Assembly: GCF_036365525.1 (NCBI RefSeq)
Contig: NC_090377.1
Span: 125,827,594-125,891,593 of the forward strand
From: Heterodontus francisci
Lineage: Eukaryota
DNA length: 64,000 nt
Reading direction: 5' to 3'
In this document: piece by piece, positions 1-13,092 of the stretch
How the letters are laid out: each line of letters begins with the position of its first letter
Numbering within the stretch: the stretch's first letter is position 1
The notes under the pieces: generated by a model
What the model was told of the DNA's origin: nothing
Databases searched by the model: none
What the model saw: the letters and a program-made list of their open reading frames with translations, nothing else
Translations under genes and position numbers: made by a program

Positions 1-370
1 TTTAAGATTATGAAAGGGTTTTCTAGGGTAGAAGTAGAGAAGATGTTTCCACTCGTGTGAGAGTCAAAAGCTAGGGGTTATAAATATGAGATATTCACTA
101 ATATTCCCAGTAGGGATTTCAGGAGAAATTTCTTTATCGAGAGAGTGGTGAGAATGTGGAACTCGCTACCACATGGAGCTGTTGAGGTGAATAGTATAGC
201 TGCATTTGGGGGAAGCTGGATAAGCACAGAGGGAGAAAGGAATAGAAGGGTCTGCTGATGGGGTGAGATGAAATGGGCTGGGAGGAGGCTGGTGTGGAGG
301 ATTATATGGAATAGTTCAGATGAGCTGATTAGCCTGTTCCTGTGATGTAACCTCTACGCAATTCTGTGTA
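1..370 (+). mobile_element. CR1 LINE 3' fragment
   Basis: Decayed ...NFFIERVVRMWNSLP end of ORF2 plus typical 3' tail. Confidence 0.8.
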
Positions 371-452
371 AACATCTATATGTAAATTCAGTCTATGTAC
401 AGGTTCTTTGGGCCATTGCACTGTCTGACCAAGAATAAATTGTCTTATACAG

Positions 453-571
453 GATCTGGACCTGTGCAAGTGCTAATCACAGAGACAGGGAACCTGACGG
501 ACTCCCATCCCATTCAGTGGAACACACCAGAATCCTCTCACATCAAAGAGTACATTTTGAAATGGAGGCCT
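453..571 (+). CDS. fn1: Fibronectin exon, FNIII-1 first half
   Basis: tacag|GA ... CCT|gtaagt; [39 protein letters not shown]. Confidence 0.95.
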
Positions 572-1159
572 GTAAGTAAATGAGCCAACCAATTGGCAAA
601 TGATTAACTGTGCTCAGGGACCCACAATACCCAATTTTCCTTGTGCCAAGTGAGTTGAAAGAGAAAGGGATTTTCTGGGGAAGGAGTGGGGAGAGAGTCA
701 CTCACATTAGCGATAGTGTAAGCCCAGCTGAGTACTGGGTCTTGAAATTCTACCAAAGGCCCATCCTAAAACCAGGGGGAGACTGCTTAAGGGCTAGAGG
801 TCCAGCTCCCTCCTGATGACACCCTCTGTGTTCCTCTGAAGCTGACCTGGGCTTGACCTCCCCCACCACAAATCCTCCTTCTTTTCTACATCTGTCGGTT
901 CAAAGCCAGGAGATTGCGAGCCTCGGCTCTGCTCTGCTGCCACCATAAACCGGATACTCTGACCTCTTTATTCCCTTTCTGAACCTTTTCAACTGGGGTG
1001 AGAAAATGGCCCAGTCCACTTGCATCAGGCTGCTCGCTGGTGGCATTGGGTGGGCAATGTAAGGGAAGATATGAACCAATACCACCATTTAATGCCATTC
1101 TAACGCACAGTTGACTTATTGGGATGCTAAGTGGCATATATTTATTACCTGTGTCTGAC

Positions 1160-1385
1160 CTGGTAGCAATCTTGCCTCTTGAGTCAGAAGATCATGGGTT
1201 CAAGCCCTACTCCAGAGACTTCCTGCCCCCGAAGCAAAAATTCAGCCCATAATCTCAGCTGATACTCCCAGTGCTGAGGGAGTGCTGCACTGTCAGATGT
1301 GCCGTCTTTCAGATGGCACGTTAAACCGAGGCCTCATCTCTCTCAGGTGAGCATAAGAGAAGAGCAGAGGAAGCTCTTGTTCATC
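1160..1385 (+). mobile_element. tRNA-head Deu-core SINE (SacSINE1/AmnSINE-like), partial
   Basis: gagtcagaag..gggttcaag head and ctgagggagtgctgcactgtcag..ttaaaccgaggcc core shared with more than 10 copies in the window. Confidence 0.75.
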
Positions 1386-3171
1386 AGCTCTTGCAGTCAT
1401 TTTTTCCCATGCCAGCCCAGAAATTGCCTGATATGTTGAATTGTAGCATGATGGGATTAGAACTAACAAACCTTTTGGGCACCCAGTACATATCACAACC
1501 AGCAGCCTATCGGAGTTAGTACTCAAAATGCACTCTGAGCCAGTTAATGGTTGCGTTAAACCGGTGTGTGCTACCAGAGGAAAAGAAAGCTCTTGTTTGT
1601 CCGTCTGACGCACTATTACACAATGTACAGTAGCAGACCGGACCTTGGCAGGGTGTATCCAAACTCCGAGACATTTCTAAACTCACCATCCTATTTTACA
1701 GACAGGAAACTTAGCCCTTGTAGCATTCTGTTTACCTAGTTCTGCTCTTGTCCAACCAAAAAAAAAAAGGTTTTGCACATAGGCCAGCTTGTAGCCTGCC
1801 TGCCCTTTGACCTCTGCTGTTGCCATGTAAACAGCCTTTTGCCAGGCCTTGCGAAAGCAGAATTGAGTTCAGGACCATGTTCCATTGCTCAAGCAATACT
1901 CGGTAAAGTACATGTCATTTCCAGCTTGCTCTTGGCATTCCAACATGAGCACAGAAGGCGGCCAAGTGAGTCTTATTTTAATGTCAACAAATTGCAGTGT
2001 TGACATATCCCGTTTACATTGGGGAACAAGGCCTGAGACAAGCCTGTGGCAAATGGCCAAAACATTTTAACTCCACAAAGTGTTTCTTTTTTGCCCATGA
2101 TGCACGCATTACATTGAAAAACGAGTCAGTTCCTCCCAGCCATCCATCGCCCCAGCCCCCAACCCCTGACCACCTCAAGATGGCTGATAGCTTGGCTGAA
2201 ATTTCCTTGATCAGTTCTCTCGATCACCTGCTGTTGATTTCACATCATTTGAGCCAGGCTTGGCATGGACAATTTCTCACCTCCACTCACTCTGGGAATG
2301 ACAGATTCCCCAAACCTGGGTTTGAGTCCCGGTCTCTGCTGAGTCAGCCTGTCTTGAGGGCAGTGCTGCATTTGGGATCTCGAGAGAATTGGGGCATGGG
2401 GAGTGTGGGAAGAGCATCAGCCTGGCTTCCTGTTCCGCTATGATATCCACTAACTCCTGCAAGGGAGTGCTCGGAGCTTGGTGAATGACGAGCTGCCCTG
2501 TGATACCCTCACAGTCAAATAGCCTGTGGAGGCCCACATGTGGCAACTTTGGCAAGGTACCAAAGGGGCCTGAGGAGAGGAGGAGGAGAGAAACGATGGG
2601 TTTAAAAAATATATCTGCAGAACCCAGAGGTGCATTATATTTAAAGAAAGACTGGAAAAAAGCATCCATTTAATGTAAAAAATATGTAGGTAATTGCACC
2701 TTCATTGCGTGCTTCCTTCTGGTACTTTATAACTGTTTTAAAAAGCCCCTCAGCAGCAGTAGTATAGTTCATTAGACTCAAAACTGTATGTGATTTGGCA
2801 TTTAACCAACTGTTAATCAAAACTGGGGTTTGAGGAAAGCTTATGAACCACTTTAAAAACTGAGGGGACTGAGAACCTTCCCTGACACGGCCATCCTTGC
2901 ACTTGAGAGCCTAGGCTGAGTGTCGGCAGACTGGGGGGAGATGGGGTCAGGGGTGGAAGGGCAAGAGCAGTCCATGCCAATTGCGGTCTGTGACTGTGTC
3001 TGTGTGAGACTGTGACTGTGTGTGTGTGTGAGGGGTATCACATTCACCCAGGTGGACCCACACACACCCACAAAGACAAACGTTCCACAAACATGACTTC
3101 AAACTTGCCTGTCGGGCTGTCACGCTGGGTTTTCAGTTAACTTGGCTTGTGCTTGTGTGCGCTTTATGCAG

Positions 3172-3340
3172 AAAAACTCGAGGATCCGATGGAGTGTGGC
3201 GACTATTCCAGGCAGCATGCATTCCTACACCATTAGCGGCCTGAAACCAGGCCTCACCTACGAAGGCCAGCTTGTCAGCATCCTGCACTATGGCCAGAGA
3301 GACACCACCCAGTTTGAATTCACAACCTCTTACGTGACTT
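3172..3340 (+). CDS. fn1: Fibronectin exon, FNIII-1 second half
   Basis: tgcag|AAA ... T|gtaagt; KNSRIRWSVATIPGSMHSYTISGLKPGLTYEGQLVSI. Confidence 0.95.
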
Positions 3341-3917
3341 GTAAGTAATGCCCCTCCATGGGTCCGCGTTCTCCTCCCCCAATCCTCCCACTTTGGAAAA
3401 CATTAGCAGTCGTGACTAATGAAAGGCAGGATGGACATCCAACGAAATGGGCCCAGAAGTGCTTGTAAACCTTGGACTGTGATGAAATGATGGCTAACAT
3501 GCAAAGAGATTTTCCTTTTCCTCTGTCTTCCACAGCCCCCCCCCCTCCACCCCCCCCCCCCACCACCTCGCACCCAAACACCATTTTGTCTCCTGTGTGG
3601 GAACCCCCCCCAGCTCCTTCCAAGGGTAGTGTTCTGCAGATACCCCTCCTCTTGCCCTCGTGACCTCTGCCTTATTCACACGGTGAGCCTCAACAATCAG
3701 CATCGCTGGGCTGTTGAGGTAGGAGAGGTGTGGCAATCCCGCCCTCCTGCGTGCCCACTTGGCAGCACTGTGATGGGGGGGTGGTGACAGCCACAGATGA
3801 CGTTGTGGGAGCTGAGACCAATTGTGACTGCAGCCTGAGCCCCAAGGCCTTATCATTCTTAGCTATGCATTGGATAAACCTGTCAAAGCCTTTAGTGGGG
3901 TGGTGCCTTCCATTGGA

Positions 3918-4400
3918 AGAGGAGGAGGCCATTCAGCCCCTCGAGCCTGTTCTGTCATTCAGTTAGATCTTGGCTGATCTGTATCTTGACTCCATTTATC
4001 TGCCTTGGTTTCCTATCCCATAATTCCCATACCTAACAGAAATCTTATCAATCTCAGTTTTGAAATTTTCAATTGACCCCGATTCTTCACAGCTTCTTGG
4101 GTGGGAGAGTCCCAGATTTCCACTCCACTTTGTGTGAGGAACTGCTTCCTGACATCACCCCTGAATGGCCTGGCTCTAACTTTAAGGTTATGCCCCCTTG
4201 TTCTGGACTGCCCCCACCAGAGGAAACAGTTTCGCTGTATCTACCCTGTCAAGTCCTTGAATGGTATTAAACAAACCTCAATTAGATCACTCCTTGAGCT
4301 TCTGTACTGTTGGGAATACAAGCTAATTCCATGCGACCTGACCTCATAATTTAACCCTTTTCGCCCCGTTATCATTCTGAGGAATCTGCACTGCACTTCG
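3918..4400 (-). mobile_element. CR1 LINE 3' fragment
   Basis: ggccattcagcccctcgagcc tail and reverse-strand ORF2 remnants. Confidence 0.8.
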
Positions 4401-4473
4401 GGGTGAATTCTTAATTCTGTAATACAGCCGTCATGTGACTATGTGCTTCACTCTCTCTTCTGCATCATGACAG

Positions 4474-4665
4474 TGTCCCCGTATGAGGGCGAGACTGTAC
4501 CGATTAGCGAACATGACATAATTACTGAGTCCTCGACGACCGAATCAATCACGGAGGTCACCTCCAGCAGCTTCGTGGTGTCCTGGGTGTCCGCCTCTGA
4601 TACAGTGTCCGGATTCAGAATCAAATACGAGCTTAGTGAAGATGATGCCCAGCCTCAGTATCTCG
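4474..4665 (+). CDS. fn1: Fibronectin exon, III1-III2 linker + FNIII-2 first half
   Basis: gacag|TG ... G|gtaaga; [33 protein letters not shown]. Confidence 0.93.
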
Positions 4666-5339
4666 GTAAGACTTCCTCCCTTCAGCAGCTGTATCCCCTT
4701 TAGTTCGAACCGTGCGGCTTGGAACCAAGAGAAGGCCGTAACTGTATCACCTCAGACACTTTTCTCCATCCCATTGAGGGCAAGGAGCTGGAATTTACTC
4801 AGTATGTTCACGGGTCATTTCCCAATGTTCCAGGAGCCTTTTTCAGCCCATCCCTCCCTTTGCCAGTCGCCCTGGAAGGAGTTATTTCTCCATGCCCTTG
4901 GGGACTGTGGGATGCTAGGATTTTAAGTTGGAGGGATCGATGATGATAAAGTGGCCAAAGGACACCAGATGGGTAAATGCAATTAGGACTGTTTGCTCCA
5001 GTCCAGGGGAAACACTTGGTCCCAGTGGCTGGTTTCCGTGCTCTGTCTTCTCCATCATTCTCTTGCTTCCTGATGAGAATGAAAGGAAACATCATTCAGT
5101 GGTTGGACAGTCTCACCATAAATCGCTCAGGGCAGAGGGGTCACTGAGTCAGGCAGGGGTGGATCTTTCTGAAGCAGAAATGTTACATTTCAGCTGATGC
5201 TGGCTGATGTTGGATATGTCGCAGACCTCTGGGAAACCACTACCCAGTGCAGAGCAAGAGGCCAAGGGGATTCCAGGTCTGGTTCCTTTGAGATCGGAAT
5301 TTGGACAAAACGTCTCGCCGCTGGGACCCTTAGAAAAAC

Positions 5340-6065
5340 AAGAAAGACTTGCCTTTCTGTAGCTCATTTCACAGCCTCAGAACATCCATTGAAGTACTTT
5401 TGTAGTGTAGGCACTGTTGTAATATAGGAAACGCAGCAGCCAACTTGCGCACAGCAAGCTGCTACAAACTGGGGTCATTAATGCCCTGCCTGTGAGTGTG
5501 CTGGTGGCAGAGTTGATCAGGCCTTTCAAAAAGGAATTGGTTAATTGGGTAATGGGGAAAGGGCAGGTGAGTGGGACATGGTGGGCAAAGGACAGAAGGA
5601 GGCCATTCAGCCCACCATGTCCCTGCCAGCTCTCTACAAGAGCAGCTCAGATAGTCCCACTCACCTGCCCTTCTGCCTACATTACAAAAGTACTTCATTG
5701 AATGTTCTGAGGTTGTGAAAGGGGCTATAGATTCTAGAAACGGCAATGTGATAATGACCAGATAGTCCGTCTTAGTGATATTGGTAGAGTGATAAATAGT
5801 GGCCGAGTGATAAATATTGGCCAGGCCACTGGGAGAACAATTCTGCCCTTCTTTGAAATGGTGCCATGGGATCTTTTACATTCACCTGAGAGAACAGACA
5901 GTTTGCCATCTTATCCGAAAGACAGCACCTCAGAAGGTGCAGCTCTCCCTCAGTATTGCCCCAGGAGTCTGAGCCTAGGATTTGTGATCAAGTCTTTGGA
6001 GTGGGACTTGAACCCAAAACCTTCCTGACTCGGAGGCAAAAGTGTCACCCGCTGAGGCACAACTG
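5340..6065 (-). mobile_element. Deu-core SINE cluster with CR1 tail piece
   Basis: Reverse complement of the SINE head, core and tail. Confidence 0.7.
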
Positions 6066-6446
6066 AAAATCAGGAGAAACCCATTCGCCAGCAGCGACTA
6101 GGCCTGTTCTGTTGGTGACTGGTACTCAACAGGTGAGAAAGGAATTCTCTTGGCCTCCTGGTCTTGCTGCTCGTGAAGGCCCAGCTATCAATGGTGGAAC
6201 AGAGATAGGGAGGGGCGAGGCTATGGAGGGATTTGAAAACAAGGAAGAGAACTTTAAAAGGGTCTTGCTAAAATGAGAGCCAATGTAGGTGATAGAGCAC
6301 AGCGGTGATGGGTAAAGGGGACTTGGCGCGAATTAGCTTAACAACCAAAGAGGTGATACTTTGTGTGTGAAGTGACTGGAGATGTATCTGGGAGGCCATG
6401 TTAAGACAGGTCTTTTAAGTCGTCTTTGTTTCCTTTTTACTTCCAG

Positions 6447-6572
6447 ATGTTCCAAACACAGCTACATCTGTTTCCATTCCCAACCTGCTGCCTGGTCGCA
6501 AATACATTGTGAATGTTTTTGAACTTTCAGAAGGAGGAGAGAAGCTGATTCTAACAAGGACGCCCACAACAG
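6447..6572 (+). CDS. fn1: Fibronectin exon, FNIII-2 second half
   Basis: ttccag|AT ... G|gtcggt; [42 protein letters not shown]. Confidence 0.93.
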
Positions 6573-6667
6573 GTCGGTCACCAAGGAGACATTTCATCGG
6601 TGCTTTTGTTTTTGGTGATCAGGATCACTCATTGTTTCCTTCGATAATCTTCTGCCTTTCCTCACAG

Positions 6668-6757
6668 CGCCTGATAGTCCCACCGAATACACTGTAGACC
6701 ATGTCGATGAGACCTCCATCGTCATTGAGTGGTCCAGGCCTCTAGCCCCTATTACAG
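6668..6757 (+). CDS. fn1: Fibronectin exon, FNIII-3 first half
   Basis: cacag|CG ... G|gtatgc; [30 protein letters not shown]; follows a 95-nt intron. Confidence 0.95.
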
Positions 6758-7064
6758 GTATGCCAACTCTTGTGTTATGGTTGATACTCCAGAGTGGGCC
6801 TCTCCAGAGACAGGATCAGCTGCTCTTAAAGGCAGTGTTTAAAGGATAGGTGTTTGTTTTAACTCTTAGTGTAATCATAGGTAAGATCAACCAAGAGTTA
6901 AAACTTTTACAAAATAATTTTTTTTTTATTAAATTTCGGCAAGTTTTAGAGATAGTCGTATAACATTAATTAGAAGAGCAACTCAGAACTCAGAATGGTC
7001 AAATTATCTGCTTCTGGAGACTGAGGTGTTCATCTGGTCTCTTTCTGGATTCTAGACTCTAGAC

Positions 7065-8254
7065 CAGGGTTGTCCCAACATACAGCCCGTGGGCCAGGAT
7101 GCAGCCCGCCAAACGTTTCCATCCGGCCCGCAGGTGTAAACGGTTCCCGGGGCCGCTCCTCATCCTCTCCGTGACTGGAAATTTCCCATTGTCTTCATTT
7201 TACAGAGCGGCCTTTTTAAAAACATCATGCTATCAGTTTCACATCGGGAACAGCTGTTTCCCAACAGACTCGGGGTTTTCCGGCAGATTCTGACTTTTTT
7301 TTTAAAAAGCCCGCCGGAGAACCCCTAGTCTGTTGAGAAACAGCTGTTCCTGATGTGAAACAGACAGAACGAGTTTTTTAAAAAGGCCGCTCTATAATAA
7401 GAAAACGAAGGGAAATTTCCAGTCACGGTGGTGAGAGAGAGTGAGAGAGAGCAAAAGGGGAAGGAATAGAGAGAGCAGGGAACACTGAGTGGGGAGCGGG
7501 TAAAACTGGAGACACGGGGGTGGGGGAGGAGATACAGAGAGAGGTGGGTGGAGAGGGGGAAGGAGACAGAGAAATGGGGGAGAAGGAGACAAAGGGACTG
7601 ACAGACAGAGAGGGCGAGAGTGACGGGGGTGGGGGGTGCGGGCGGACAGAGAGTCAAGGAGTCATTTACTTACGGCACAGAAGGAGGCCATCGAGTCTCT
7701 ACAGAGCTATGCTGTCAGTCCCACATCCTGGTGTGATCCACGTTGCCCTGCAAGTCTGTTTCTCTCAGGTGGCCTTCCAACGTCCTTTTGAAGTCATTGA
7801 TCGTCACCGCTTCCACAACCCTTGTGGGCAGCAAGTTCCAGGTCATTACCACCCACTGTGTAAAAATGTGCTTCCTCATATTCCCCCTGCATCTTTTGCA
7901 CAAAACTTTCAATCTGTGTCCCCTAGGCCTAGAGGGGAGGGGGTGAGGGGGGAAGAGGGAATGAGACACGTGCACAGTGTGGATCAAGGTCTCTCCTGAA
8001 AGATGGACATCTATCCAGAATACTCTGCATTGCTACATCAAGTGTGAGGACAGATAGAGGAGAGGGGGTAATGAGAAAGTAAGTCAATAAATTCGTCTTC
8101 TCATTTAAAGCTTCTTCACAAAAATGCACATTTGTTGTTTTTATGAGTAAAATAAATTTTTCATGCCTTTATCTTGCGAAATTTGTTCACTGGCCCCCTG
8201 GGCCAAGCAAAAATCATAATGCAGCCCTCTGCCCGAAAAGGTTGGACAACCCTG
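7065..8254. mobile_element. Non-autonomous hAT (Charlie-type) DNA transposon with nested CR1 fragment (~7655-7935)
   Basis: TIRs cagggttgtcccaac / gttggacaaccctg; 8-bp TSD ctctagac (7057-7064) / ctctaaac (8255-8262), fitting the NTCTAGAN target preference. Confidence 0.85.
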
Positions 8255-8725
8255 CTCTAAACTGTTCCCAGATGTTCTCTGGTTAGTCACTGGAAGAACT
8301 CTGATTTGTTCCTACAGGGTTTCTGAATGGTCTTTGTCTTCAGGAGGGGGCCAGGGTTACTATTCCTAGAAATTCAATGCTGACGCATCTCTGGACAGAA
8401 TTGGAGTAGGCAGCGATGCCCACCATGGTCGAACAGCCAGCCCTAAATACGCTGACATGATGCAATGGGCATTTGAGCCCACTACCGGCAGGTGGCCAGT
8501 GCCTGAGAAATTTAATTGAATTGAAGCCCTGTCGCCATTGCCCATCACAAGGAGATAAGGAAGGAGTTGATAAACTGAGGGGACAAGGGGTGGGTCTGGG
8601 AGAAATGAGGTTGTAATGACCATGGAAAGTTTTGAAGAATTTCTTTTAATGGCTCTTCACAAAATGAGAGGTAGCATCGGTGTCGCTGGTCATGGCTAAC
8701 ATTTTAACTGTGCTTGGATCTAAAG

Positions 8726-8920
8726 GTTACCGTGTGGTGTACATGTCCTCTGTGGAAGGGGCCAGCACCGAGATCATTCTCCCCAGTACCACAACCAACC
8801 TGACCCTCACTGACCTTTACCCCGGCGTCCAGTACAACATCAGCATCTACGCCGTGGAGGAGAGCCAGGAGAGCATCCCGCTGGTCATCCAACAGACTAC
8901 GGACGGCGTCCCACGTCCAG
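8726..8920 (+). CDS. fn1: Fibronectin exon, FNIII-3 second half
   Basis: taaag|GT ... G|gtacaa; [46 protein letters not shown]. Confidence 0.94.
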
Positions 8921-9327
8921 GTACAATGCAACAGTCTGGCAACTCGCCTCCTGACTGAGTGGGGGGTGTGAATGTTCAGCGTCTGAGGGCTTTGCAAGGA
9001 GATGAGAAGGTTGCGGGCGGGTGGAGGTGAAGAACCAAGGAAATGGTTGAAGTGGTTGGTTTTGTTCAGAGTCATCTTGAAGAAAGAGAGAGTGGTTTGG
9101 AGGGAGTGCTCCACAGGGTCAGCTTAGGATGCTGGAGATGGGGTGAAAGGTCATGGCTGGAGGGATGGTGGGAAGGGTTTGACTTGCCCAGGTGGAGGTG
9201 ATGCATGGTGGTACTGCTCTGAACACCTAATAGCTGGTGAGAAGAATTTCCCAATAGTGGACCAAAATGATTTGATGCTTTTCACTTAAAAGCCTTCTGG
9301 ATGGAAGTTTGGCTCCATTCTCAGGGA

Positions 9328-9765
9328 GCTAGCTGTGGCTCAGCGAGTAACACTTGCCTCTGAGTCAGAAGGCTGTGTGTTCAAACCCTGCTACAAAGAC
9401 TTGGGCACAAAATCTCAGCTGACACTTCCAGTGTAGCACTGAGGGAGTGCTGCAGTGGGAGAGATGCTGTCTTTCAGATGAGATGTTAAATTGAGGCCCT
9501 CTGCGGTAAACATGAAAGATCCCATGATGCTATTTTGAAGAAGAGCAGCAGAGTTCTCCCTGGCGTCCTGACCAATATTTATCCCTCAACTGACATCACT
9601 GAAAATAGATTATTTGGTCATTATCACAGTGCTGTTTGTGGGATCTTGCTGTGTACAAATTGGTAGTCATGTTTCCTACATCGCAACAGTGACTACACTT
9701 CAAAAGTACTTTGGCTGTGAAGTGCTTTGGGACATGAAAGGTGCTATATGAATGCAAGCTAATTC
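9328..9765 (+). mobile_element. Full-length Deu-core SINE
   Basis: tRNA-like head (tggctcagcg..gttcaaac), core, and L2-like tail gctatatgaatgcaag. Confidence 0.8.
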
Positions 9766-10929
9766 CTTCTAAATGAAAATTGGCATGGCAGCACATCTTG
9801 GTGCTTTGGATTTTCACCAATGACCCTGCCAGAGGTCATGAGGTCGGGAGTGGGCTTGTGATTTAAATGCCTTCAGCGGGTTAGACCAAAGAGGCTAGCG
9901 GAGCTGGGTGGCTGCACAGAGGGGTTTGGTTTTCCCTGCAGAAGAAACCTGTAAGAAAGAACTTGCACTTATATAGCACTTCCCACAACCGCACGATGTT
10001 CAAACGCTTTCCAGCCTGTGAATTCCCTTTAGCTGTGGCACGTCCACCTCTGGGTGGCAGGGAAAGGAATCAAAGGTGAAGGATATGCTGATGAAGAGGG
10101 GTGGGGGGAGGCTCGTCTGGAGCATAAACATCGGCAGGTGGGCCGAATGGCCTGTTTCTGTGCTGTTAATTCGAGATAAAAGTATTGCGTGGATCATTTA
10201 CTGAGTTATCCTTTTGACAGTCAAAAGATGACTGGGAACATTTCCCTGGGAAGAGGAAGACTTGTTGAACTTTTGGTCTGAAACCTGTTTTTTCTTTTCT
10301 CTCTCTCTCTTCAATTTCGAAAATCGAGGAACCACGTGGACAGAAAACAGCCTGGTGCCACTAGGGACAGCTGGGGGGGTCAGGGGTCAGTGAGCGCCGT
10401 TCCAAAGACTATTGGGGCTCATTGCCCAGATTGAATCCTAACAGGCTGTGGGCCCTTTCTCCATAATGTAATCGAGATCACCCTGAAGTATCTGCTTACG
10501 TCTCCTTGGGAATAGTCGGGTGGCGAGACCTGGAGAACAGAGGGAGGGAGGAATGCACAGAAAATTCCGGGTTTTTGTTCTGCCTCAGCCTGGCCTGTTG
10601 CAAGCCTCCATGACCATATAGGGGAAAACCATTCTGCCAGCAATTTCCCTTGTCTGACGAAGCCTAATGATACCAAGATTGTGCTGTCTGACAAATGATT
10701 ACTCCATGCAGCAATCTGTCTGTGGCCAAGATTCCACAGGGAAGCATTTTTTTTTTAATTTGCCTGACGATAAAATCTGCCTTGTTCTGAAGATGAGGCG
10801 CAATGTTGTTTGCCTTGGGAGGACTGACGGACGAGCCGCAGGGACTGGGTACAAATTTTCCTGCTGTTGAAGACCCTTTTCTGCTTTTTGTTCAGGCCCC
10901 TCTCCTTTCACAGCCTCAGGCAATCCCAA

Positions 10930-11232
10930 TGCACATTTGAAGTGTAGTCCCTGTTGCAGTGCGGGGCAACCCTGCAGTAAATTTATGCACAGCAAGCTCC
11001 CACAAACTGCAATGAGGTAAGCCGAGGTGTTAGAGTGACGTGGGGAGAATGCCAAACTGTATCGTGGGATCTTCTATATCCACTCAAACAGGTAGGCAGT
11101 TTGACATCTCGTTCAGCGTTCCCTTAGTATTGCACTGCACTGTCAGCTCAGATTTTGTGCTGAGGTCTCTGGAGTGGGGTTTAAACCCACAACTATCTGA
11201 TTCAGTGGACAAGAGTGTTACCATTGAGCTAT
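10930..11232 (-). mobile_element. Deu-core SINE, internally deleted
   Basis: Reverse complement of the same family. Confidence 0.65.
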
Positions 11233-11509
11233 AGACAACTAGCTTCTATTTTACCAAATTTGAAATGTATCAATATTATAATTACGGGGCCACACTGCTT
11301 TGAGGTAGGTGCCGCTCGCTCGCTCAGTCTAAACTGGGCAAATGGTTTAGAAACCTAAACCAGAGAAGTTGGGCCAAAACTGCAGTGCAAGGGGAAATAC
11401 ACCCGAGAAAGTTCTCCCTAAGCTGCATTAAAGTAAGGAGCATTTCTTAACCTCATTTATGAATCCTGTTGCTATCTGTAGCACCAGAGATAGTGGAAAG
11501 CCTTCTCAA

Positions 11510-11750
11510 AAGGGAAAGAGGTGGGAAGGAGGAGGTGAAGGAGGGAGGGAGTAGGGGGGGAAAGGGAGGAGGAGGAGGGGGGAAAGGAGAAGGGAGGAGG
11601 AGGGAGAAAATATGGAGGAGAAAAATGGGGAAAGGGAGTAGGGGATGAAGGGAAGGGAAAGGTGAAGGAAGGGAGAAAATACGGAGGAAGGGGAAAAGGA
11701 GAGGTGGAGCAGGAAGGGAATATGCAGGAGGAGGAGAGGTGGAGATAATG
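11510..11750 (+). repeat. Polypurine (GA/GGA) low-complexity tract
   Basis: About 240 nt almost entirely G/A. Confidence 0.9.
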
Positions 11751-11800
11751 GGGTAAAATTGCTGCTTTTCTGCCTTCCTCACTGTGTGTCTTTCTTCCAG

Positions 11801-12073
11801 TTGTGGTGGAGCCACCCACAGGTCTGCAGTTCATCGATGTCTCTGAGTCCAAGATTACCATCATGTGGAATGCGCCTCGTACCGAGATCACCAGCTATCG
11901 CGTCACCTTCCTCCCACTCGATAGGCCTCGCCAGGCTCCCACTGAGCTGCCCAGGTCCAGGAATAGCTTTGTCGAGATCACTGGGCTGAGGCCCGGGACC
12001 ACCTACCGCTTCTACGTGTACGCTCTGAACCGTGAAGCCGAGAGCACCCCTCTGACTGGGCAGCAAACCACCA
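11801..12073 (+). CDS. fn1: Fibronectin exon, FNIII-4
   Basis: ttccag|TT ... A|gtaagt; 273 nt; PPTGLQFIDVSESKITIMW...GLRPGTTYRFYVYALNREAES. Confidence 0.96.
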
Positions 12074-12574
12074 GTAAGTATTGAGTTATACTGAGGCTGG
12101 CCCAAGCTGCGAGTACAGTCGGTCTCAACACATTCTTTGGGAGGGTGTGGGGGAGGAGGTTGTGGAATATCATCTAAGGGGCAGTGGGGAGGCCTTGCCT
12201 CTGTTTGCGAATTGGGGGCCCTCCCCTGCTGTCACGTGATGACAGGATTGGGCTCGATGTGATGCCCCCCCCCCCCCCATGATTGAATGGCGCCTCGTCG
12301 TTCAGTTGATCTGTTTCTCTCAATGGGCATCCGGGCAAAGAACAGCAAGAGCTGCCCGTGCCATGGAACTGCATGCTAATGAGAGGGAAGGAGGGAGGAA
12401 TGGAAAAATTAGAATCACCTTTTGATTACTGTGTAAAATGTCGCAGCGCAGAAGGAGGTCATTCGGCCCATTGCACCTGTGCCAGCTCTTTGAAAGAGCG
12501 AGCCTATTTGTCCCACACCCCTGCTCGTTGCCCATAGCCCAGTAAATTTTTCTTTTCCATGTATTTATCCAATT

Positions 12575-12850
12575 TGGTCAGATGACTAAAGGCTTGGTCA
12601 AATAGCTAGGTTATAAGCAGCCTCTTAAAGGAGGAAAGTGAGGTGCAGGGAGGGAATCCCGGAGCTTAGGTCCAAGACAGCTGAAGGCACGGCCACAAAC
12701 GGTGGAGCGATAAAGGTCAGGGACGCTCAAGAGGCCGGAGTTAGAGGAGCACAGGTATCTCAGAGGGTTGTAGGACTGGAGGAGATTACAGAGATGGGGA
12801 GAAGCAAGGCCACGGAGGGAGTTGAAAACAAGGATGAGAATTTTAAAAAC
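12575..12850 (-). mobile_element. L2 LINE 3' fragment
   Basis: Reverse strand encodes FKILILVF...LRYLCSSNSGLL...GRAFSCLGPKL. Confidence 0.75.
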
Positions 12851-13092
12851 TAGTGTGGTGGGATCGTTTACATCCACCTGAGAGGGTAGACGGGGCCTTG
12901 GTTTAATGTCTCATCTGAAAGACAGTGCAGTGTCCGTCCGTCCTTCCTTCCTTCCAGACTTAGGCTCCTTGTTTAGAGTTGGGAATTTGATCTCATACCT
13001 GTAATAATCCATTCAGGTTGTTTGCTCCCATTCCAGGTGTTGCGCTGTTTTTTGTGAAGTAAATCCTGATCTGTTGTGTATTTTTCAATCAG

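Noticed and set aside
9328-9400. tRNA genes at SINE heads (also 29689 and 62575)
   Set aside because: A/B boxes run straight into SINE cores; no complete cloverleaf.
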